The translations under genes were made by a program, and so were the position numbers. The notes beneath the pieces are model-generated. The model made no database searches. It was given only the letters and a program-made list of their open reading frames with translations, and was not told where the DNA came from. From positions 1,088,001 through 1,152,000 of the forward strand of contig OZ245056.1 of assembly GCA_965224705.1 (NCBI GenBank): DNA of 64,000 bases, read 5' to 3'. This document shows, one piece after another, positions 28,568-37,373 of this stretch. Within the stretch, counting starts at the first letter, position 1. Each line of letters starts with the position of its first letter. The DNA is from Spirochaetaceae bacterium. GTDB lineage: Bacteria > Spirochaetota > Spirochaetia > DSM-2461.

Positions 28568-29479
28568 ATGAACATGAATAACTGGCTATTACTCCTGCTC
28601 TTGTCTTTTCTTTGGGGAGGATCTTTTTTCTTCGTCGAGGTTGCCCTCACTGAATTGCCTATTTTCACAATAGTTTTTCTGCGGGTTTCTATGGGGGCGG
28701 CGATACTATTTGTTTTTATTCTTATGACCAATAGGCGGATTCCAAGAGACAGGAAGATGTGGTTCAATTTCCTTGTGATGGGGATCCTCAACAATGTTAT
28801 TCCTTTTTGCATGATTACAGGTGGTCAACAGTTTATTAGCGGCGGGTTTGCGTCAATCCTGATTTCAACGACACCTTTCTTTGGGGTGGTTGTCGCCCAT
28901 TTATTGACGAAGGACGAGAGAATCAATGCTGGGAAAATTTTGGGCGTCGTCCTGGGGCTTTCCGGTGTCTCAATTCTTATAGGATTCGCGCCTTTACGGG
29001 ATGGGTCGAATGAATTCATTGGAATAATCGCTGTTCTCGGGGCAGCACTCTCTTACGCTTTCGCCGGTGTTTGGGGTAAACGCTTCCGATCTCTTGGCGT
29101 CGATTCAGTCGTTATCGCCGCGGGTCAGCTTATCTGCTCGACTATTCTGCTTATCCCTATAATGTCCATCGCGGACAAACCCTGGCTTCTTCCTGTGCCG
29201 TCAATCAACGTGTGGGGATCGGTTCTTGGAATAGCTTTGCTCTCAACATCTTTCGCCTACATCATCTATTTCAAAATTCTTTCGACTTCCGGAGCGACCA
29301 AAGTATTACTCGTGACATTTCTGATACCAGTCAGTGCTAATCTTCTTGGCGTTTTGATACTGTCGGAAGAGTTCCACATCCAGCACCTACTCGGTATGTT
29401 CGTTATCGGTATTGGTTTAATCGTCATGGACGCAAGCGACAGGGTCAAAATATCTCAAAAGGAGGCGGCCAAATCATGA
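28568..29479 (+). CDS. DMT (EamA) family transporter
   Basis: 10 TM helices in two repeats; LWGGSF, NN.IPF, VTFLIPV. Confidence 0.9.
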   Translation: MNMNNWLLLLLLSFLWGGSFFFVEVALTELPIFTIVFLRVSMGAAILFVFILMTNRRIPRDRKMWFNFLVMGILNNVIPFCMITGGQQFISGGFASILISTTPFFGVVVAHLLTKDERINAGKILGVVLGLSGVSILIGFAPLRDGSNEFIGIIAVLGAALSYAFAGVWGKRFRSLGVDSVVIAAGQLICSTILLIPIMSIADKPWLLPVPSINVWGSVLGIALLSTSFAYIIYFKILSTSGATKVLLVTFLIPVSANLLGVLILSEEFHIQHLLGMFVIGIGLIVMDASDRVKISQKEAAKS

Positions 29480-29541
29480 GTTTGGCTGCAAACGGCTGCA
29501 CCACCGCTAGTTTGGGCGTTTCTCCCTGGAAAGAAATGAAA

Positions 29542-29889
29542 ATGAGTGATCAATATCTGAAGATTGTTGAATGGTCAAAGGAAGATCAGTGCTATGTTGG
29601 CACCTGTCCCACCCTGATGCTTGGCGGCATTCACGGGGACAATGAAGCCGAGGTCTATAAAGAGCTTTGTCAAGCGGTAGAGGAATGGATCCGTATATAC
29701 GAAGAGGATGGCGATCCTCTTCCAGCGGCAACGGCCGGAAAGGAATACTCAGGCAAATTCGTTGTTCGTGTCGGTAAAGATCTGCACAAATCGCTCGCCA
29801 TTGGCGCAATGCGCCACGGCGAAAGTCTTAATGAGTATTGCGTCCATTTACTGCGAAGAGAACAGCACACGGACCGGCACTCCGGTTAG
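29542..29889 (+). CDS. hicB: HicB family antitoxin (no HicA in the vicinity)
   Basis: VEWS.ED..YVG.CP, HGD, PLP, YSGKFVVRV..DLH..LA..A...GESLN.Y ribbon-helix-helix. Confidence 0.85.
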   Translation: MSDQYLKIVEWSKEDQCYVGTCPTLMLGGIHGDNEAEVYKELCQAVEEWIRIYEEDGDPLPAATAGKEYSGKFVVRVGKDLHKSLAIGAMRHGESLNEYCVHLLRREQHTDRHSG

Positions 29890-29901
29890 TGCTGCGCCGG
29901 A

Positions 29902-30125
29902 TTGGCAAAGCATTACAATAAACTCATAAATCCGCAAAATGAACCAGATAGGGATATTCAACTACAACTGAAATATATCAATCGCCTGAAGATAAATGTC
30001 GCATTTCATTGAACACATCTTTCCTCAAAATCCATACCTCTGGTGGAAACGCGACTTAGGTGGTGACGAATACAATTCCATCAAAGAAACTTACTTGAAC
30101 ACTATCGGCAACTGACCCTTAGTGA
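29902..30125 (+). pseudogene. GmrSD-like (DUF262-DUF1524) endonuclease remnant
   Basis: Manual translation LAKHYNKLINPQNEPDRDIQLQLKYINRL.INVAF / IEHIFPQNP..WKRDLGGDEYNSIKETYLNTIGN/TLS; EHxxP...GNL is the DUF1524 HNH motif. Confidence 0.7.
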
Positions 30126-30172
30126 AGCGGGGGACGGTATCCCAATCAGTTCGACCAATGCCGGGGGGGAAC

Positions 30173-31309
30173 TTAAACCGAGTACTTACGAATAATCTCT
30201 TCGTTAATGTCTATACCCAAACCCGGCTTCACCGGAATACTCATAGTGCCGTTTTTCATCTCCGGGATTCCTTCGGCCAGTTCTTTCCGGAAAATATTGG
30301 AAGTCTGATCGTATTCAAGATAAACCGGTGCTGGTTCTAGGGACGGGGGAAAATCCGGGAGAGATACAGCCGCCTGAATTCCCGCTGCAAGGGCGATACC
30401 GCTTCCCCATATATGCGGAAAACATTGCACATTCGCAAGACTGCACAGCGTTATAATTTTACTCAGTTCCGAAAATCCTCCGGTAATCGTGCAATCCGGC
30501 TGAACGATATCGACACATCGGTTATTTATGAGATGTTGAAAGCCGTACCGCGTGAATTCGGCCTCTCCTCCAGAAATGGGCACGGTCAGTTTTGATTTGA
30601 CTTCCTGATAACCGGCAAGATCTTCGGGCGGAACCGGTTCTTCAAACCAACTGATATTCATCTGCTCCAATTCCCGGCCAATGGAAATAGCTGCGGCGGC
30701 GTTGTAAGCATGATTGGCATCGACCATGATTCGGATCTCTTCCCCAACCGTTTTTCGTATCGACTGAACAAGTTTCAAATCGTACTCAGCACCAAAGCCA
30801 ATTTTGATTTTAAGTGCTTTAAATCCTCTTTCGGCATAAGAGAGAGCTTCTCCTGTTGATTCAATGATTTCATTTTCGGTATACCGTCTATACATGCCCG
30901 TTGCGTATGGCGTTAGTTGATTACGAAACGCTCCGCCCATCAGCTGATACACCGGTTTGCCGGTTGCCTTTCCCTTTATGTCCCACAGGGCAATATCGAT
31001 GGCACTCAATGATTGAACCGTGACACCTTTTTGGCCGTTGTCCCGGAACATGTTGTAGAGACTGTCCCAAATCACCTGGGTGTCAAAAGGGTCTTTGCCA
31101 ATAAGCCAGAGTTTATAGTAATTATCTATAATACTTTTATGAATTTTTGCCGGTCCAAAGGCTTCTCCCCAGCCGGAGATACCTTCATCTGTGTCAATCC
31201 GGCAAATCAGAATTGTCCGGCTCCGGCACCAGGATTGGGAAAATGCGAACTGCTCTTTTTCGTCTAAGTCCTGATTTAAAATAAAAGGTGCTACGTTTGT
31301 TATGCGCAT
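30173..31309 (-). CDS. Mandelate racemase/enolase superfamily sugar-acid enzyme (galactarolactone cycloisomerase-like)
   Basis: GWGE, SAIDIALWDIKGK, KIKIG, MVDANH, WFEEP, GGE, QPD, PH.W. Confidence 0.88.
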   Translation of the reverse strand: MRITNVAPFILNQDLDEKEQFAFSQSWCRSRTILICRIDTDEGISGWGEAFGPAKIHKSIIDNYYKLWLIGKDPFDTQVIWDSLYNMFRDNGQKGVTVQSLSAIDIALWDIKGKATGKPVYQLMGGAFRNQLTPYATGMYRRYTENEIIESTGEALSYAERGFKALKIKIGFGAEYDLKLVQSIRKTVGEEIRIMVDANHAYNAAAAISIGRELEQMNISWFEEPVPPEDLAGYQEVKSKLTVPISGGEAEFTRYGFQHLINNRCVDIVQPDCTITGGFSELSKIITLCSLANVQCFPHIWGSGIALAAGIQAAVSLPDFPPSLEPAPVYLEYDQTSNIFRKELAEGIPEMKNGTMSIPVKPGLGIDINEEIIRKYSV

Positions 31310-32808
31310 TAGAGATCAGTCCCCCTTTTTTCTTTTTTGCGGCTTCCGAAGTATTTCTTCTGCAGATAAGGAAGTATCAGAGAAATCAGAATTAGGACAA
31401 GAAAAAATTTGGAAATTCCAGTAGACACAAAACATCTGGGATCTCCCTCCGACATAAGTAGAGCACGCCTAAAATTGCTTTCAGCCATTGGCCCAAGTAT
31501 TAACCCCAAAATGGCTGGTGATGCAGAGATTTCCGCTTTTTGAAAAGCATAACCAATAATGCCAAAAAACAACATGACACCCACGTCAAAAATATTGTTT
31601 TTAAGAGCATAAGAACCGACAAAGCAAAGGACAAAAATAATCGGGACAAGAGTACTTTTCGGAACGGAAAGCACTTTTGTAAAGATTTTGACACTATTTA
31701 TTCCAAAGACAAACATACATACATTGGCAATAAGAAATCCAAAAAATAAGGAGTACACAATTGCTCCATTGTTCTGAAAAAGCAAAGGCCCAGGCTGAAG
31801 TCCCTGGACAGTCAATGCACCAATCATTATTGCAGCAACGGCATCACCGGGCACTCCCAAAGTCAGCATAGGTATAAGAGCACCGCCGGTAACGCCATTA
31901 TTTGCAGCTTCAGGAGCCGCAATAGCTTCCGGTATTCCCGTCCCAAATTTTTCCGGTCGTTTTGAAAAACTCTTAGCCTGTCCATAGGCAAAAAAGGATG
32001 CAATGTCAGCACCAACGCCTGGGATACATCCAACAAAGGCTCCTAAAGAACCGTAAACAGTTCCGCTTTTAAAAATAATCTTCCAATCCGATTTTTTGGG
32101 AAAGACATGAGAAACTTTTTTTGTCACAACCGATTTTTTAAACATCTCTTCCACGCCGATGAAAGCCTGGCTCAATGCAAATAATCCAATCATGACAGGA
32201 ATAAAATTGACTCCGCTAAAAAGATTCATGGAATTAAAACTAAACCGCATGACTCCCGTAATTTTGTCGATCCCTATTGTCGCTATAAGGATGCCAAAAC
32301 AGCCGCTTAACAAACCCTTTAGCATTGATTTCCCGGAAATTGAAGAGATTATGCAAAGACCGAAAACAGCGAGCATAAAAAATTCTGGAGCACTGAATTT
32401 GAGAGCAAACTTAGCCAGTACAGGTGATACAAAGATGAGGTAAATACCGCTGATTAGTCCACCTATAAAAGAACTGGATGTCGCAATTCCCAGTGCCCGC
32501 CCGCCACTTCCGTTTTTAGCCATTTGATAACCGTCAATTGCCGTTGCCGCAGAAGCCGGTGTCCCGGGGGTATTCAGCAATATGGCCGAAATAGATCCCC
32601 CATAAACTGCTCCAACATATACCCCAAGCAAAAGAAGAATACTCTGTACGGCTTCCATTCCAAAGGTCAGCGGTAAAACAAGAGCGACCCCCATTGTGGT
32701 TGTAAGACCAGGAAGGCAGCCGATACAAATTCCACTGGCAACTCCAAAAACAATATATAAAATTACAGACGGCTGGATAATAAGTTGAAGTGCTTCCAAA
32801 TACACCAT
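31309..32808 (-). CDS. tctA: Tripartite tricarboxylate transporter permease
   Basis: YGGSISAILLNTPGTP, APEAANN, PMLTLGVPGD, QPGP. Confidence 0.93.
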   Translation of the reverse strand: MVYLEALQLIIQPSVILYIVFGVASGICIGCLPGLTTTMGVALVLPLTFGMEAVQSILLLLGVYVGAVYGGSISAILLNTPGTPASAATAIDGYQMAKNGSGGRALGIATSSSFIGGLISGIYLIFVSPVLAKFALKFSAPEFFMLAVFGLCIISSISGKSMLKGLLSGCFGILIATIGIDKITGVMRFSFNSMNLFSGVNFIPVMIGLFALSQAFIGVEEMFKKSVVTKKVSHVFPKKSDWKIIFKSGTVYGSLGAFVGCIPGVGADIASFFAYGQAKSFSKRPEKFGTGIPEAIAAPEAANNGVTGGALIPMLTLGVPGDAVAAIMIGALTVQGLQPGPLLFQNNGAIVYSLFFGFLIANVCMFVFGINSVKIFTKVLSVPKSTLVPIIFVLCFVGSYALKNNIFDVGVMLFFGIIGYAFQKAEISASPAILGLILGPMAESNFRRALLMSEGDPRCFVSTGISKFFLVLILISLILPYLQKKYFGSRKKEKRGTDL

Positions 32809-32814
32809 TGACTC

Positions 32815-33261
32815 CTACAGTAAAAAACCAAATCTGAATGGAACTTTCAAAACATATTTAAAAATACAATAAACTATGATTGTAACAGTCAGAGCAGTAG
32901 CGATATTTGTATACCATTTATGTTTACCAAACCAGGATAAAAAAACAAAAAGTACAAGAAAAGTTGCCGTACAAAACCCCACATAATACATAACAATGAA
33001 ATACGCTATCAGAGTGAGCATTGTCACATAAACACGCAAATTCTCGGGCTTCAGAACACTCCTTTCTTCCCTATCCGGTTTTAAGAATGTTTTTACGCAT
33101 AGGGCGACTGCTGTTAACAACATAATACCTGCTATCAGCATTGGCCACGCCCCCGGCCCCGGAACACCTTCTTTAGAGGGGGGGAGTTGCAATGCAAAAA
33201 ACATCGTTGAGAGTGCTAATAGCAGAAAAATTCCTGAAGAAATCAGATTTATTTTTTTCAT
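32815..33261 (-). CDS. tctB: Tripartite tricarboxylate transporter small subunit
   Basis: GPG.WP motif, 4-5 TM helices, lies between tctC and tctA. Confidence 0.88.
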   Translation of the reverse strand: MKKINLISSGIFLLLALSTMFFALQLPPSKEGVPGPGAWPMLIAGIMLLTAVALCVKTFLKPDREERSVLKPENLRVYVTMLTLIAYFIVMYYVGFCTATFLVLFVFLSWFGKHKWYTNIATALTVTIIVYCIFKYVLKVPFRFGFLL

Positions 33262-33280
33262 TTAACCCTTCATTAAACTC

Positions 33281-33334
33281 TGGCCTGTCGGACTTACGTC
33301 TCACGGCTCGAAGTCTTAAAGTCCGACAGATTCC
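33281..33334 (-). mobile_element. MITE copy E, minimal ~53-bp form (two ends fused)
   Basis: Minus strand GGAATCTGTCGGACTTTAAGACT-TCGAG-CCGTGAGACGTAAGTCCGACAGGCC is the left end joined to the right end at a shared TCGAG. Confidence 0.85.
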
Positions 33335-33351
33335 TATGACCTGATTACGCC

Positions 33352-34308
33352 TTAAAGATTGCTTATGAGATTCCCGTAAAACTCATTTTCTCTTTCGAGT
33401 TTCAAGGCAAAATCATCCGCTTCAATAATTTCGATGTCATTGTTTGTATTGCGCATAAATTCAATAAAGGTATCGGTTTTGACAGCCTTAAGTATTGAAT
33501 CGGTCAAATACGTAACAATGGTATCCGGTGTTCCCTCAGGAACGCAATAACCTCTCCATGTACCAATAACAACATCATATCCAAGCTCTTTGGCTGTTGG
33601 TACACCTGGGGCATCAGCAAGTCTTTCGGGAGCCAATACTGCAAGTGATTTCAATGCTCCGGCATCAACTTGAGATGCGACTTCCGCATAGGACACCGAA
33701 ACTCCATCAAGATGATCTCCCAGAAGGGAGGTGATTGCAGCCGAGGAACCATCGTAAGGAACATGGACAAATTCAACGCCTGCGGCTTGCTCCATACCAA
33801 CCCCGGCCAGATGCCAAATAGAACCAACTCCCGAATTACCGAGCTGAAGTTTCTGAGCTTTTGCCGCTGCAATCAATTCTTCCAGAGTATTGTAAGGAGA
33901 ATCAGCAGGTACCGTAATGGCCGCATAACCAGAATTGACAATGGCGAGAGGGATGAACCGGGTGTAGTCAAGATCACCGCCATTTCCAGAATGAGGCAGC
34001 ATAACAAGCTCAGGAGCTACCATTGTGACAACCTGACCATCCGGTTTGGCGTTCATTCCGTATGACATGCCAACAGCTCCAGCACCGCCGGTTCTGTTTT
34101 CTACAGCAATCCCATCCGGAAAATCAGCCTTTGCAGCTTCAGCAAGAGCCCGACTCACATTGTCAGAACCGCCCCCGGCGGAATAAGGACAAATAATCGT
34201 GACTGGACCGTTCGGGTAGGAGACAGTATCACCCTCCGATGAACCGTTGGCAAATACCCCCGTTAAAGCAACAGCCCCCATCACAAACAAAACAACGATC
34301 TTTCTCAT
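33352..34308 (-). CDS. tctC: Tripartite tricarboxylate transporter substrate-binding protein
   Basis: YP..PV.IICPYSAGGGSD, ENRTGGAG, VPYDG, VPT.KE.G, WRG. Confidence 0.92.
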   Translation of the reverse strand: MRKIVVLFVMGAVALTGVFANGSSEGDTVSYPNGPVTIICPYSAGGGSDNVSRALAEAAKADFPDGIAVENRTGGAGAVGMSYGMNAKPDGQVVTMVAPELVMLPHSGNGGDLDYTRFIPLAIVNSGYAAITVPADSPYNTLEELIAAAKAQKLQLGNSGVGSIWHLAGVGMEQAAGVEFVHVPYDGSSAAITSLLGDHLDGVSVSYAEVASQVDAGALKSLAVLAPERLADAPGVPTAKELGYDVVIGTWRGYCVPEGTPDTIVTYLTDSILKAVKTDTFIEFMRNTNNDIEIIEADDFALKLERENEFYGNLISNL

Positions 34309-34401
34309 AAATAACCTCCGATAAATTTTTAACTTGTTCTACAAGTTTTTTTCATATATATAAAGAAGCAGCAAAACAGCCGTTTCCTGATAACTCTTTT
34401 A

Positions 34402-35499
34402 CTACCTCTGAACCCGCCCCGAAGCATCCCCTTTCATCAGAAGTTCCACCTCACCAAGTAGCGAAAAGTTGTAATCCCCGTTAATACTGTGACACAGACA
34501 CGAGGCGGCCGCCGCGAATTGCAGGGCTTTCTGCGGGTCGGAATACTCGCTTGAAGTGAGCGCATAAATCAGTCCAGCCGCAAAGGAGTCTCCTCCGCCG
34601 ACCCGGTCGACAATGTTTCGGATTTGGTAAGGCTGATAACTTCCGTCCGGTCCGTTCGGAGCAAAAAACGCTTTGCCGCCTTCCCTGTCGTAGAGCATGG
34701 CTCCCCAATTGTTGTGCGAGGCCGAAATACTCTCCCGAAGTGTTGTTGCAACTGTCTTGATTTTGGGGAAGCGTTTCATAATTTCCTTTGCAACGCTCAC
34801 ATAACCTTCGTGGGCGATTTGTCCCTGGTTAATGTCTGTGGAATCGGCGTGAATATCCAGAATATCTGCCGAATCCTCTTCGTTAGCGATCAAAACATCC
34901 ACATAATTTAAAACGTCCGGCATAACCTGTCCGGCCAGATCTTTCGCCGACAACGGCGAATTCCAGTTCCACAGTTTTTTACGAAAGTTTAAGTCGCAGG
35001 AAACCGTAATACCCCGTTTTTGCGCTTCGGCACAAAAGGCTATTGTGTTATCGGCAGATTGCCTGGACAGGGCCGGTGTAATCCCCGAAACGTGAAACCA
35101 CCCCGCATCGGCAAAAATACAATCCATATCAAACTCGTCAATAGCGGCCAGACTGATCGCCGAATACTCCCGGTCGTAGATAACCTGGCTGGGCCGCTGG
35201 TTGGCACCGCTTTCCACGTAATAGAGCCCCAGCCTTCCCGGTCTGCGGACAATGTACTGCGTGTCCACGCCGATTCCCCGGAGTTGATTGACACAGGCAT
35301 CACCTATCTGATTTTTGGGGAGGGCTGTCACAAAGCGCGCCTTTTGCCCCATATAGGCATTAGAAACCGCCACATTGGCCTCCGATCCGGCAAATGAGTA
35401 GCGGATCATTCCCGGTAGATTCTGTATGTACTTCATCTGGTGCGGCATATCCATCCGACCCATAATCTCCCCAAAGGTGACAATCGTTTTTTCCATCAA
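34402..35499 (-). CDS. kdgK: 2-keto-3-deoxygluconate kinase (PfkB family)
   Basis: TFGEIM, GSEANVA, SGITPA, CDLNFR..LW, VDRVGGGDSFAAG, GRVQR. Confidence 0.9.
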   Translation of the reverse strand: MMEKTIVTFGEIMGRMDMPHQMKYIQNLPGMIRYSFAGSEANVAVSNAYMGQKARFVTALPKNQIGDACVNQLRGIGVDTQYIVRRPGRLGLYYVESGANQRPSQVIYDREYSAISLAAIDEFDMDCIFADAGWFHVSGITPALSRQSADNTIAFCAEAQKRGITVSCDLNFRKKLWNWNSPLSAKDLAGQVMPDVLNYVDVLIANEEDSADILDIHADSTDINQGQIAHEGYVSVAKEIMKRFPKIKTVATTLRESISASHNNWGAMLYDREGGKAFFAPNGPDGSYQPYQIRNIVDRVGGGDSFAAGLIYALTSSEYSDPQKALQFAAAASCLCHSINGDYNFSLLGEVELLMKGDASGRVQR

Positions 35500-36149
35500 A
35501 AACGTTTCCCGACCGCCGCTGCCTTTGCTGCATTTTGTTCAATCCGATCCCAATCACCGGCTTCTATAAGCGTTCTGGAAGCAATCCACGAACCGCCGAC
35601 CGCCCCAATCATCTCCTGGGACAGGTATTCGGCCAAATTGGACTGACTCACTCCGCCAAGTGGAATATACCTTAGCCCCAAATGTGCGTAAGGTGCGTTT
35701 ATGCTTTTCAGGTATTTCAATCCCCCCATCGGCTCAGCCGGAAAGAATTTCAGCAGCCTGACACCGTATTCCAGGGCAGTTTCAATCTCCGACGGAGTTG
35801 CAACACCCGGAAAAAACGGGAGTCCGGCCTTTCCGGCTCTGTCCATGACCCGCCTGTTAAGCCCCGGCGCAACGGCGAAAGCCGCCCCAAGACCACAAAC
35901 CATATCAACCTGATCCGGTTCAATCACGGTTCCGATTCCCAAAAGCATCTGCGGGTATTCAGAAGCAACCAGTTTGACTGCATCCGCCGAATACGGACTG
36001 CGCAGGGCCAGTTCAACGGTGCTGACCCCGCCTTTCAGCAAAGCCTCAATGGTTGGACGAACCTCCTTTTCGCTTTTAAAAACAGTCACAGCGACAATCT
36101 TTTCTGCTAGAATCTTATCCTCAGCGGAAGACTTACCCATGAATTTCAA
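35496..36149 (-). CDS. eda: KDPG/KHG aldolase
   Basis: GGV..VE..LR, GIGTV, PG..TPSE, LKFFPAE, P.GGV, GGSW. Confidence 0.93.
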   Translation of the reverse strand: MKFMGKSSAEDKILAEKIVAVTVFKSEKEVRPTIEALLKGGVSTVELALRSPYSADAVKLVASEYPQMLLGIGTVIEPDQVDMVCGLGAAFAVAPGLNRRVMDRAGKAGLPFFPGVATPSEIETALEYGVRLLKFFPAEPMGGLKYLKSINAPYAHLGLRYIPLGGVSQSNLAEYLSQEMIGAVGGSWIASRTLIEAGDWDRIEQNAAKAAAVGKRF

Positions 36150-36861
36150 ACTCCTTTCTAATTTTTTCGACGGTCCGTATCAGCGGTTCGCTGAACGACT
36201 TTAGTTTTTCCGTTGTCTCCAGAAGCGTTGCTGTTACGCTGATAGCCAGATCGATACCACCCAGACGAAAAGCCACTCCAATGCACTGAATATTCTTTTC
36301 ATCCTGTTCGACTTCCAGTGAATAGCCCTGATTTTTAAACTGCTCAATTTCCTTCTTTAGCAGAGCCGTATCGGTCACCGTGTGCTCTGTGGAAGCAGCC
36401 AGTTCCTCCTGGTCGAAATAAGCATCCAGTTCATCTGGACCGAACAGCATTAAAATCGCCCGCCCCGCACCGGTCTGGTACAGCCTGAGTTCGTTGCCGA
36501 TCCTTGACTTCAAAGCAAAGGAACCGCTTCCTTCCACTTTATCTATGTAAAAGGCCGAATACCCGATGCGCTGGACAAGGTGAACAGTCTCCTCAATTTC
36601 CTGCGACAAACCAATCAGATACGGATGAATTAAGTCGACATAGCGCTGATGCTTGTACTCGGCATTCATCCACCGAACAATGACCGGTCCCAGTACGTAC
36701 AGATCTCCGTTTTTTGCCAGAACCCGAAGATTGGTCAGCTTCTGCAGAGTCCGGTACACGGTCGTCTGGGGCAAAGCCGAGCTTTCCACAATGTCCGTCA
36801 TTGTCAATCCGTCCTCGCTTCGAAACACCGTATTGATAATTTTGATGTCCCTATCATTCAT
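36133..36861 (-). CDS. IclR family regulator
   Basis: HTH LP.TTVYR.L..L; ETVHL, TG.GRA.L, T..T.T, GY....E effector domain. Confidence 0.9.
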   Translation of the reverse strand: MNDRDIKIINTVFRSEDGLTMTDIVESSALPQTTVYRTLQKLTNLRVLAKNGDLYVLGPVIVRWMNAEYKHQRYVDLIHPYLIGLSQEIEETVHLVQRIGYSAFYIDKVEGSGSFALKSRIGNELRLYQTGAGRAILMLFGPDELDAYFDQEELAASTEHTVTDTALLKKEIEQFKNQGYSLEVEQDEKNIQCIGVAFRLGGIDLAISVTATLLETTEKLKSFSEPLIRTVEKIRKEFEIHG

Positions 36862-36884
36862 GCAGGCTCACAGTCGATTTTAAC

Positions 36885-36946
36885 TTCCGTTTTTCGGAAC
36901 TATATTTCCGATATAAGGATTGTAGCACATCTGCAAAATCTGTCAA
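36885..36946 (-). promoter_or_regulatory. Promoter and putative IclR operator of the kdg operon
   Basis: TTGACA(36946-36941)-16 bp-TACAAT(36924-36919) with extended TG; palindrome TTCCG-N5-CGGAA at 36885-36899 and a weaker copy at 36906-36920. Confidence 0.6.
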
Positions 36947-37172
36947 GTTTTTTTTGAAAATTTTTAATAATTAGTAAGTAATAGGAAAAACTATCTTCCG
37001 ACACAGAATCACACGGTGATCCGGGATAAGAACTCAGGAAATTGAGTTTGCTATCAGCAAGAAAGGCGGAATTCAATGAGAGAAATATGTGAAAAAGAGA
37101 TTTTTATCGCTTTTTCTATTACATAATAATTTTTTTTGGTGTACCCTGCATCGTATAAAAGGGTAAATCTCA

Positions 37173-37200
37173 GGAGTCTGTCGGACTTTAAGACTCCGAG
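37173..37200 (+). mobile_element. MITE copy F (left end only)
   Basis: GGAGTCTGTCGGACTTTAAGACTCCGAG. Confidence 0.8.
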
Positions 37201-37330
37201 ATGGTTCCGCCTCTCACTACTGTCAGCAGACCTTATTTGAACTCGGTATCCCTGCGGCAGAGTCTGTGCTGGGATACTCGAAAGGTTTTACTGAATACCA
37301 CGCTCATCCAGCGGACCTCTTCATCGCCCT
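37201..37330 (+). pseudogene. LacI-type regulator C-terminal remnant
   Basis: MVPPLTTV/QTLFELGIPAAESVL...HPADLFI (one frameshift) matches the PPLTTVxQPxxELGxxAA motif. Confidence 0.6.
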
Positions 37331-37373
37331 AATAAAAAAATCCCCGATAGGGGAAAAGTATAAGGAGTTACTT

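Noticed and set aside
29490..29530. attC-like site before hicB (and ACCTAAC near 24893-24899)
   Set aside because: No matching partner core or convincing stem; too weak to call.
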